This document shows, piece after piece, positions 20,439 through 28,260 of a DNA stretch of 64,000 nucleotides (position 1 is the first letter of the stretch; the number at the start of each line of letters is the position of its first letter). The notes beneath the pieces were generated by a model, which ran no database searches, was not told the DNA's origin, and saw nothing but the letters and a program-made list of their open reading frames with translations. The position numbers and the translations under genes are program-made. Source of the DNA: Thermoplasmatota archaeon. Its GTDB lineage: Archaea; Thermoplasmatota; E2; JACPAO01; JAHFTW01. The DNA lies in the NCBI GenBank assembly GCA_041601615.1, contig JBFIHX010000005.1, positions 64,001-128,000 on the forward strand, written 5' to 3'.

Positions 20439-22837
20439 GAGGCAGGATCGGGCGCGGCGACTTGATGGTTGGCCTGACGGACGCGCAACCAACGCAGGAG
20501 GCCTGGCACCACGAGCCAGGTGGCGGCGAAGATTGCGGTGACGGCGAGGGCGGCGCCAAGAAGCATCTGCCCGCCGCTTCGCACCCGCGTCATGCTGAAG
20601 ACCAAGAACGCGCCCGCGTCGGTGAGCGCCGAAAACAGAACGGCTCGTCCGGTAATGCGCAACGTGCCGGCCCAGTCGCCGGTGTCGCGGTACTTGTAGA
20701 CGAGGTATGCGGCGTAGTCGCTGCCGATGCTGGTGATGAACACGAGCGAAATGAGTTGGTAGACGCCGATGCTACCGAGGGTCAGTTTCAGGAGGCCAAA
20801 CCACCAGAGACTGGACAGAAGGACCGGCAAGGCGACTACGGCGGTGGCGCGCCAGTCGTTGGTGACGCCGAAAAACAGCACGAGCGTCGAAATCAGGCTC
20901 ACCACATAGAGCACCGTGAGGCTCTGTTGGGATTCGGCCATGAAGTCCCGTGCCAGGAGCTTGTAGCTGTAGACGCGCACGTCCAGATCTTCCGGCGGGC
21001 TGGCGGCGACCACGGCTGCTTGGTATGCGGCGCGGGCTTGGTCCGTGGCTTCAACGCCTTCGCCTTCCGGAAGCGGCAGCATGTAGAGCGCACCGACGCT
21101 GTGGTCGCGTGACAGGAGCGCCGTGGTGATTTCTCGGTACGGTTTTTCCGCCTCCAACGCCGCAACGCCCTCCTCGGCGGACTCTGGTTCCGGCAGTTGG
21201 GTCGGGTCCGTGGGCAGGACGGGCAGCAGGACGCCGCCGCCGGGGAGCGCTCGTTGCTGGCGGTGGCCCTCGACGATGGCGGGCAGATTGAACGACTCAT
21301 TGGCACCCTGCAAAAAGCCACGCGCCGTGACTTCGGCCAAGAATCGCTCCTGGAACGCGAAGCTCTCGTTGCTAACGACTTGGCCCTGCATCAACAAAAA
21401 CCACGAGTCTTCCGTGTCGAAGGCGGCCTCGAATTCCCGCTGCGCCGCAATCAGCGCGTCGTCCTTGGGGAGGCTTCCCGACAACAGATCCACTTCGTAG
21501 TCCATGGTTGCAAACGCCACGAGCCCTCCGCCCGACAGCAGAAGCGCCACCGCCGCCACAAGCAGCGGGTTCTTGCGGGCGGCCCGGCCGGATGCCAGAA
21601 ACACGCCGGAGCCGAGCGTGGGTGCGGGCCGGTGTTTCTCGCGGTCGCCGCCGCGCGCGAAGGCTGCCAAAAACGCCGGTAGGTAGGTGAGGCTAAGCAC
21701 CGCGATGAGGGCGATGCTGCTTGCGGCAAGTACACCCATTTGGCGAAGGTATGGGCTGCGGCTGGTGCCCAGCGTCAGGAGGCCGATACAGGTGGTTAAC
21801 GTCACGAGCACGATGGGAACCCCGAGTGCCTTGCCCAGGTGCCGGCCCAAGCCCCGCCCGAACCCTCGCCGGTCCGCCCGCGCCTCCGCTAGGACATGGA
21901 TGCTGTAGTCGATGCCGTTGCCCATGACGAGCGGGAGCACCGCGAAGTTCAGGACGTTGAAGGGAATGCCAAGCCAGCCAAGTGTTCCCATCGTAAAGAT
22001 GAGGCCGACGCCGAGGGAGGTGAACCCACCGAGCACTGCGGCGGGGCGCCCGGCGGAGACGAGAAACAGCACGAAGACGAGGCCGACGCCGAGGGCACCG
22101 AGGACGGCCATGTCGCGGTACATGATGCCATTGACGTGGTTGGACACGGACGCAACCCCCACAGCTTCTGTGTGTTCCGGCGACAGTGCCGAAAATCGCT
22201 CCGTCCGGTATGCGTCCTGGATGGCGTCGGCGATGCGGCCGCCGACGGCGGTGGCTTCGAGTGTAAACGGCGGCGACTCGAACTGGAACCCGAGGTAGCC
22301 CGTGCGCAGGTCCGGCGTCAGCACATACTGAAACAACTCGGGCTGGGTGTCCCTGGCTGCCTTGATCGCGATGCGCAGTTCGTCGTCGGATTCCGGAAGC
22401 CGCGCCTCTTGTGGGTCCTCGCCGAGTCCTCGTTCGATTTCGTACTGGGCCAACTGCACGAACCGCACCGGTCCCACGACGCTCGAAAGCTCCGGAATCG
22501 CGGCGGCAACGAAATCCACGAGCGCTTCCTGGTCCCGCAGCGCGCCCACGGACAGCAATCCGTCCGGGTCCGAGCCCGCATACCCAAGGAGCGTGCGTTC
22601 AAAATTGACGAGCCCGTCCAATTCCTCAACGCCCGTCAAGAATGCCGCCGCGTCGGGTGCCGCCGGGTCCACCCACTCCGTCATGCGGTTGTGCACTTGC
22701 AGCCGGAACACGCCCGGCACCATCACGACCACCAACAGGAGGGTGACAATCAAAACGGCCCGGCGGTGCTGCACGCTCCAATGCACCGCGTGCTCCACGG
22801 CGCCCTCAAACGCGCGCGCCAGGCGAGGCTGGGCCAC
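20435..22837 (-). CDS. MMPL/RND family transporter
   Basis: Two TM repeats with GNGIDYSIH and SIGSDYAAY motifs; start approximate. Confidence 0.88.
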   Translation of the reverse strand: MAQPRLARAFEGAVEHAVHWSVQHRRAVLIVTLLLVVVMVPGVFRLQVHNRMTEWVDPAAPDAAAFLTGVEELDGLVNFERTLLGYAGSDPDGLLSVGALRDQEALVDFVAAAIPELSSVVGPVRFVQLAQYEIERGLGEDPQEARLPESDDELRIAIKAARDTQPELFQYVLTPDLRTGYLGFQFESPPFTLEATAVGGRIADAIQDAYRTERFSALSPEHTEAVGVASVSNHVNGIMYRDMAVLGALGVGLVFVLFLVSAGRPAAVLGGFTSLGVGLIFTMGTLGWLGIPFNVLNFAVLPLVMGNGIDYSIHVLAEARADRRGFGRGLGRHLGKALGVPIVLVTLTTCIGLLTLGTSRSPYLRQMGVLAASSIALIAVLSLTYLPAFLAAFARGGDREKHRPAPTLGSGVFLASGRAARKNPLLVAAVALLLSGGGLVAFATMDYEVDLLSGSLPKDDALIAAQREFEAAFDTEDSWFLLMQGQVVSNESFAFQERFLAEVTARGFLQGANESFNLPAIVEGHRQQRALPGGGVLLPVLPTDPTQLPEPESAEEGVAALEAEKPYREITTALLSRDHSVGALYMLPLPEGEGVEATDQARAAYQAAVVAASPPEDLDVRVYSYKLLARDFMAESQQSLTVLYVVSLISTLVLFFGVTNDWRATAVVALPVLLSSLWWFGLLKLTLGSIGVYQLISLVFITSIGSDYAAYLVYKYRDTGDWAGTLRITGRAVLFSALTDAGAFLVFSMTRVRSGGQMLLGAALAVTAIFAATWLVVPGLLRWLRVRQANHQVAAPDPAS

Positions 22838-22881
22838 GGGTGCGGGGTGGCCGCTGCGCGTTTCAGGGTTGGGGTGGGGGG

Positions 22882-23091
22882 CTAGTCCTCTTCCGCAACC
22901 CACTTCGCCGCAAGCCTTGGCGCCATCGCAACCAGCACAACCCCGGCGACACCCACAGGAAACAACCCGAGGGCGTGGAGTAAATGCTCGTCGAGGTCCA
23001 GCGCGAACGCTAGGGAGATGGTCAAGGAGGGGAAGGCCACGAAGCTGCCTACGACGCGCAGGAGGTTCGTGACATTTTGTCGCTCGCTCAT
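22882..23091 (-). CDS. Small two-TM membrane protein after coxC (possible oxidase small subunit)
   Basis: 69 aa, two hydrophobic helices, starts 10 nt after the coxC stop. Confidence 0.55.
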   Translation of the reverse strand: MSERQNVTNLLRVVGSFVAFPSLTISLAFALDLDEHLLHALGLFPVGVAGVVLVAMAPRLAAKWVAEED

Positions 23092-23101
23092 GTGGATGCG
23101 C

Positions 23102-23893
23102 CTAGTGGAGTACGTAGGCCGGAATCAGGTACAGGACACTGAACACAACGACCCAAACCAGGTCCACGAAGTGCCAGTACATGGCGGCGGTTTCGGGGCC
23201 GGCGTGGCGGTGTTCGTCGTACTGGCCCTTGAGGCTGCGAATCCAGACCACGATGAGGTACACGAGGCCACCGAATACGTGCAGACCGTGGGTGCCGGTG
23301 AGCATGTAGAAGGTGGTCATGAATTGGCTGCTGCCAAGGACGTGCCCTTCGCTGATGAGGGTCATGTATTCGCTGACTTGTCCCGCCAGGAACACGGCAC
23401 CGAGCAGAACGGTGATGCCCCACCAGGTGTTGAAGCCCTTCTTGTTGCCCATTTTCAGGTGCTTCTCGGCTTGGTGGATGGTGTAGCTGCTGCTGAACAA
23501 GACCAGCGTGAAGAAGGCCACCGTGGGGATGGGGAAGTGCACTTCGGCGTCGGGCCAGTGGCTGGCGAGGCGCTGGAAGGTGAAGTACGTCGAGAACAGG
23601 GCGCCGAAGATGAACACTTCACTGCTGATGAACAGGAGGGTTCCTGCGCGGGCCATGCCGGGGCCGGTGCCCGTGTTGGTCTTCCACCAGATGTAGTCTT
23701 GGCGCCACCAGCCGAGCAGCACGACGACGAGCGCGATGGCGCCGAGGGCGAAGACGACGGGGCCCATGAACAGGCCGATGGCGACGGCGCTGATGGCGAG
23801 GGCGAGCCAGAATGGCCAGACGCTGCCGTGGGGCAGGTGGGGTTCGGGGTGTGCGCCGCTGGCGCCGTGTGCGTGGGCGTCTTTGGAGCTCAT
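23102..23893 (-). CDS. coxC: Heme-copper oxidase subunit III
   Basis: PHGSVWP, FISSEVFIF, TGTHGLHV, YWHFVDLVW; ATG at 23893 overlaps the coxA stop. Confidence 0.93.
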   Translation of the reverse strand: MSSKDAHAHGASGAHPEPHLPHGSVWPFWLALAISAVAIGLFMGPVVFALGAIALVVVLLGWWRQDYIWWKTNTGTGPGMARAGTLLFISSEVFIFGALFSTYFTFQRLASHWPDAEVHFPIPTVAFFTLVLFSSSYTIHQAEKHLKMGNKKGFNTWWGITVLLGAVFLAGQVSEYMTLISEGHVLGSSQFMTTFYMLTGTHGLHVFGGLVYLIVVWIRSLKGQYDEHRHAGPETAAMYWHFVDLVWVVVFSVLYLIPAYVLH

Positions 23894-25524
23894 TGGAGGG
23901 CCTCCTTTTCGGCGCGGTATTGATCCGCCAGCGGGGTTGGTTCGGTGTCGACGATGAGGCCTTCGCCGAGCACGACGCGGCCCTCTTCCCAGAGTTGCCA
24001 TTCGATGGTGCGAGCACCACCCCATGGGTCGCTGTAGACGCGCTTGTTGCTGTAGTGGCTGACGGCCACGTTGAGCATGAAGACGGCGACGGCGACGGCG
24101 ATCATGAAGGCGCCAACGGTGCTGATTTGGTTGAGGAGTGTGAACTCTTCGGGGTAGTCGTAGACGCGCCGGGCCATGCCGCGCAGGCCCATGAGGAACT
24201 GCGGGAAGAACGTCAAGTTGAACCCGACGAACATGAGCCAGAACTGCGTGTCTGCGAGCTTTTCGTTGTACATGCGGCGTCCGAAGATGAACGGATACCA
24301 GTAGAAGAAGGCTGCAAAGATGCCGAACACAGCGCCGCCGACCATGGTGTAGTGGAAGTGGGCGACGACGAAGTAGGAGTCGTGCAGGGCGTAGTCGACG
24401 GGGATGCTGCCGAGCATGACGCCGGTGATGCCGCCGATGACGAAGAGCCAGATGAAGCCGAGTGCGTGCTTCATGGGTGCGTCGAAGTGGATCTTGCCGC
24501 CCCACATGGTTGCGAGCCAGTTGAACACCTTGATGCCGGTGGGGACACCGACGAGCATGGTGTTGAACATGAACACGGCGCGGATGCGGGGGTCGATGCC
24601 GGTGGTGAACATGTGGTGGGCCCAGACTAGGAAGCCGACGATGGCGATGCCGAGCAAGGCGTAGGCCATGGATTTGTATCCGAAGACGGTGCGGCGGCTG
24701 AATTTGGGAATGACCTCACTCAGGATGCCCATCACGGGCAGCACGAGGACGTACACTTCGGGGTGTCCAAAGAACCAGAACAAGTGCTGGTACAGGATGG
24801 GGTCGCCGGCGGGGCCGGTGAAGAAGCTGGTGCCGAAGTTGCGGTCGAACAGCAGCATTAGGAAGGCAACGGTGACGACGGGCAGGCTGAACACCAGAAG
24901 GATGGATGTGGCCAATTGACTCCAGCAAAACAGGGGCATGTTGTGCAGGTGGACGCCGGGGCCGCGCATCTTGAAGATCGTGACGAGGAAGTTGATGCTG
25001 CCGAGGGTGGAGGCGAGACCGAGCAGGATGAGCGCGGTGATCCACATGTCGAGGCCGACGTTGTCGATGGTCGTCGAGAGTGGCGCGTAGCCGACCCAGG
25101 TGACGTTGACGGCCGTGACGCCCTTGAGGAGCATCGGCAGCCACAACAGGAGACCGGCGGGGGGGATGAGCCAGAACGACAAGGCGTTGACTCGGGGGAA
25201 TGCCATGTCTTTGGCTTTGATCATGACGGGCACGAAGTAGTTACCAAAGCCAGCGAGGGCGGGCATGATCCAAAGGAACACCATGGTGGTGCCGTGCAGC
25301 GAGAAGAACTCGTTGAAGGCGGCGCCGTCCACAATGGTGGCTCCGGGCAGGAACAGTTCCATCCGGATTACGAGGGCGCTGATGCCGCCGAGGATGAAGA
25401 ACAGGAAGCCGGCCCAGAGGTACATCAGGCCGATTTCTTTGTGGTCCGTGGTCGTCAACCAGCGTCGCAGGCCGGTCGGTTTCCCGTGGCCTTCTTTCAT
25501 GACGAACTCTGCGGCGGCAGTCAT
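23890..25524 (-). CDS. coxA: Heme-copper oxidase subunit I, type A1
   Basis: TTTDHKEIG, WFFGHPEVY, VWAHHMF, VVAHFHY, GMARR. Confidence 0.97.
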   Translation of the reverse strand: MTAAAEFVMKEGHGKPTGLRRWLTTTDHKEIGLMYLWAGFLFFILGGISALVIRMELFLPGATIVDGAAFNEFFSLHGTTMVFLWIMPALAGFGNYFVPVMIKAKDMAFPRVNALSFWLIPPAGLLLWLPMLLKGVTAVNVTWVGYAPLSTTIDNVGLDMWITALILLGLASTLGSINFLVTIFKMRGPGVHLHNMPLFCWSQLATSILLVFSLPVVTVAFLMLLFDRNFGTSFFTGPAGDPILYQHLFWFFGHPEVYVLVLPVMGILSEVIPKFSRRTVFGYKSMAYALLGIAIVGFLVWAHHMFTTGIDPRIRAVFMFNTMLVGVPTGIKVFNWLATMWGGKIHFDAPMKHALGFIWLFVIGGITGVMLGSIPVDYALHDSYFVVAHFHYTMVGGAVFGIFAAFFYWYPFIFGRRMYNEKLADTQFWLMFVGFNLTFFPQFLMGLRGMARRVYDYPEEFTLLNQISTVGAFMIAVAVAVFMLNVAVSHYSNKRVYSDPWGGARTIEWQLWEEGRVVLGEGLIVDTEPTPLADQYRAEKEALQ

Positions 25525-25641
25525 GCTTGGTCGCGGCCGACGGGGGGGTCCTTTATGATGGTGACGGGAGCACCCGGGGGCGGGGTTAGCTCGGGCCGCG
25601 GAGTTGTTCTTTTGTAGGGCCCCCTCCTCGCGCGCACCCAC

Positions 25642-27000
25642 ATGAGGAAGGCGACCGTCGGTTCCGTGCTCTTGGCGTTCCTGGCTCTTGCTGGCAACGC
25701 GGCCGCTCGTGGTGGCATGCCGGAACCCCAGACTGGGCGAGGCAAGATCATCGAGAGCATCTACTTCGATATCTATGTGGCCGGCATGATCACCTTCCTG
25801 GTGGTCATGGCGCTTCTTCTGTGGGCGATCATTCGCTACCGCGCCAGCAGTGGTGTGGGCCGCGCGACCTTTGAAAAAGAGCGCGAGAACCTCAAGATGG
25901 AGATGACTTGGATTGTCATTCCCCTCGGCGTTGTCCTTTGGGTCGGCGCCATCTCGTACGGTGGTCTCGTCACCCTAGACGAAGGCACGGCGCCCGAGGA
26001 TGTGTTCGTGGAGATCGGCATCGAGGGCAGCCAGTGGAACTGGGAAGCGCTCTACCCGGGTGGCGTCAGTGTCTTCTCGGATCCGGCGCCGGGAACGGGA
26101 GAGGTCGCAGACGACAAGGTGTTCGTGCTTCCTGCCGGCGTGGAGGTCCTGTTCAATGTTACAGGCCTCGATGTGATTCACTCGTTTGCCATCCAGGAAT
26201 TCGACGTGGAGACGGGCAAACTGGGTACGCAGATCGGCATGGTCGACGCAAACCCCAGTGGCCCGCACCAGTACAACCTCATGGTCGTGAACTTCGAGGA
26301 AGGCGAGTACCGCGTCCAGTGCAAGGAAATGTGCTTGAACCCCGGCCACGGCTACATGCGCGCCCGCATCATCGCTGTCCCGGTGGCTGAGTACAACGAC
26401 TGGCTTGCCGACAAGCAACTGGAAGTGGGTGCCGACATCATCGAGCGCCTTGACCTGGAAGTCGTCGGTGGCGCCATCGCCGGACCCGAGGATCTTACCA
26501 TCGTCAACGGAGCACGCATCATTGCCAAGGTGCACAACGGCGGCACGGCTGCGGAAACGGTCCACGTCGGTTCGGTCAACGTTACCGTGGCGCCTGGTGC
26601 AACCGAACCGCTCGTGTACAACACCGACAAGGCCGGCGAGTACGCCTTCACGACCGCCTCCGGCGGCAATTTGGCGTTCACTGTGGTGGATGCGGTGGTC
26701 GTTGACGTGCAACTGGACGACTTTTCAATCATCCCGTCGGACTGGAAGCTCGAGGGCGGCAAGACCTACCTCGTGCGCGTGCAAAACATCGGCGCAGCGC
26801 CCCACAACCTGTTCGTTGGCAACTACGACGAGGCCGGATCTGGAAAGAACAACGTGGTCGAGTGGAACTCCCTAAACGTGGGCGCCGGAGAGACCACTTC
26901 GTTCGTCATCACTCCTGGCCGCGACATGTCCTTCGAGACATGGTGCAATGTCCCGGGTCACCGCGACCTTGGCATGTTTGGCGTGCTGGCGGCAAGCTAG
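25642..27000 (+). CDS. coxB: Heme-copper oxidase subunit II with a C-terminal blue-copper cupredoxin extension
   Basis: QWNW, DVIHSF, CuA-like CKEMCLNPGHGYM; C-terminal HNLFV...CNVPGHRDLGM. Confidence 0.88.
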   Translation: MRKATVGSVLLAFLALAGNAAARGGMPEPQTGRGKIIESIYFDIYVAGMITFLVVMALLLWAIIRYRASSGVGRATFEKERENLKMEMTWIVIPLGVVLWVGAISYGGLVTLDEGTAPEDVFVEIGIEGSQWNWEALYPGGVSVFSDPAPGTGEVADDKVFVLPAGVEVLFNVTGLDVIHSFAIQEFDVETGKLGTQIGMVDANPSGPHQYNLMVVNFEEGEYRVQCKEMCLNPGHGYMRARIIAVPVAEYNDWLADKQLEVGADIIERLDLEVVGGAIAGPEDLTIVNGARIIAKVHNGGTAAETVHVGSVNVTVAPGATEPLVYNTDKAGEYAFTTASGGNLAFTVVDAVVVDVQLDDFSIIPSDWKLEGGKTYLVRVQNIGAAPHNLFVGNYDEAGSGKNNVVEWNSLNVGAGETTSFVITPGRDMSFETWCNVPGHRDLGMFGVLAAS

Positions 27001-27034
27001 GGGCACAATCCGCTCGGTGTGGCCCCCGCGCTCG

Positions 27035-27146
27035 CTTGCTTTGGCCCTCCAGCCCTCTCCCGCTTCCTCTCTCCATCTCCCTTTCGCCCGCTCCCGCCCC
27101 CTCCATCCATCTCCCTCCCTTTTGTCTCTGTGCTCCTGTCGCTCCG
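27035..27146 (+). terminator. Long polypyrimidine tract after coxB
   Basis: About 100 nt that are strongly C/T-rich. Confidence 0.4.
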
Positions 27147-27378
27147 CGGTTTCGGCCACTGGGTGCGAGACGCCCATGGTGCCGCGCCCGTTCTGTTGTG
27201 TGCCCATTTGGCAGCCGTTCCAACATCGACTTCAAGGGTCGGGCGCCGTTTTGGAGTGGGTAGAATTTGTCGGTTGGCCCGAACCTATAGCAAATGGAGC
27301 ACATACGAAAGGTAAACCTACTGTTGTGCACCCTTGGTATCCACTTGGCTTATACAACCAAGGTCGATTGCATAAGAT

Positions 27379-27924
27379 ATGGTGCCAGGGACTTTTGATG
27401 AACTGCAACCCCCGAGTCTGACCGGAAGCACGTATGTGCAGGCAAGGACTCGGAAACAGGTCCTACAGGCAGTTCACAGCAGGCCAGGAATCAACAAAAC
27501 GGAGCTGATGAAGCGATCCGGGCTTTCCTGGGGAACGGTCGGACACCACCTTCGCATGCTAGAACGGGACGGCCTCATCAACCTGGTGCGCGTCGGGCGC
27601 ACCCTCCACGCGGCTCCTGTTTCCTTCACTCGAGGCATCGCCCGCGCGCCGGTTCTCACCTGTCCCGATGCCCGCCGCATCCTCAGCATCCTCATTGCTG
27701 AGCCATTTGCCAGAGGGGCCACCGATCTTGGCCGTGTGCTCGGAATGACCCGCAAACAGGTGCGCCGCCACTTGTACGAACTCGTGGCGGAAGGACTGGC
27801 AGAGAACGACGGCGCATACCACCCGCGCTACCGCTCCACGCGCACCGGCATGGACGCGGCCAACCACCTCGCCGTCGTGGATTTTTCATTCCGGGACGCC
27901 GTATCAGAAGTGATGGCGGTCTAG
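27379..27924 (+). CDS. Tandem winged-helix transcriptional regulator
   Basis: PGINKTEL..GLSWGTVGHHLRMLE plus a second HTH LGMTRKQVRRHLYEL. Confidence 0.82.
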   Translation: MVPGTFDELQPPSLTGSTYVQARTRKQVLQAVHSRPGINKTELMKRSGLSWGTVGHHLRMLERDGLINLVRVGRTLHAAPVSFTRGIARAPVLTCPDARRILSILIAEPFARGATDLGRVLGMTRKQVRRHLYELVAEGLAENDGAYHPRYRSTRTGMDAANHLAVVDFSFRDAVSEVMAV

Positions 27925-27929
27925 GCTGA

Positions 27930-28260
27930 ATCAAAAAGGGTCAATCGTTCGGGCCGGGTCGCGCCTAGCCCGGACGACCTGTGGCGTTAGAACCAGCTGC
28001 TTAGGTCTCGTTGGACTGCGATTTCCAGCGATTCAGAACGACCCCCAAAGGGGTCGATCGTTTGGGCCGGTTCGCGCCATGCGCGACCGACCTGTGGCGT
28101 TAGAACCAGCTGCTTAGGTCTCGTTGGACTGCGAGTTCCAGCGATTCAGAACGACCCCCAAAGGGGTCGATCGTTTGGGCCGGTTCGCGCTCTGCGCGAC
28201 CGACCTGTGGCGTTAGAACCAGCTGCTTAGGTCTCGTTGGACTGCGAGTTCCAGCGAATC
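27930..28260 (-). repeat. 113-bp tandem repeat made of the polB 3' end (PIP box) plus a hairpin spacer
   Basis: cgacctgtggcgttagaacc... at 27975, 28088 and 28201; stop codons at 27987, 28100 and 28213. Confidence 0.95.

Noticed and set aside
28020-28170. ORB-like replication origin (TTCCAG...GGGG) near cdc6
   Set aside because: TTCCAG derives from the Leu-Glu codons of the duplicated polB end, the spacing to the G-run does not fit ORB, and the site is about 4 kb from cdc6.
27930-28260. CRISPR array
   Set aside because: The intervening sequences are near-identical rather than unique spacers, the repeat is the polB coding end, and there are no cas genes in the window.
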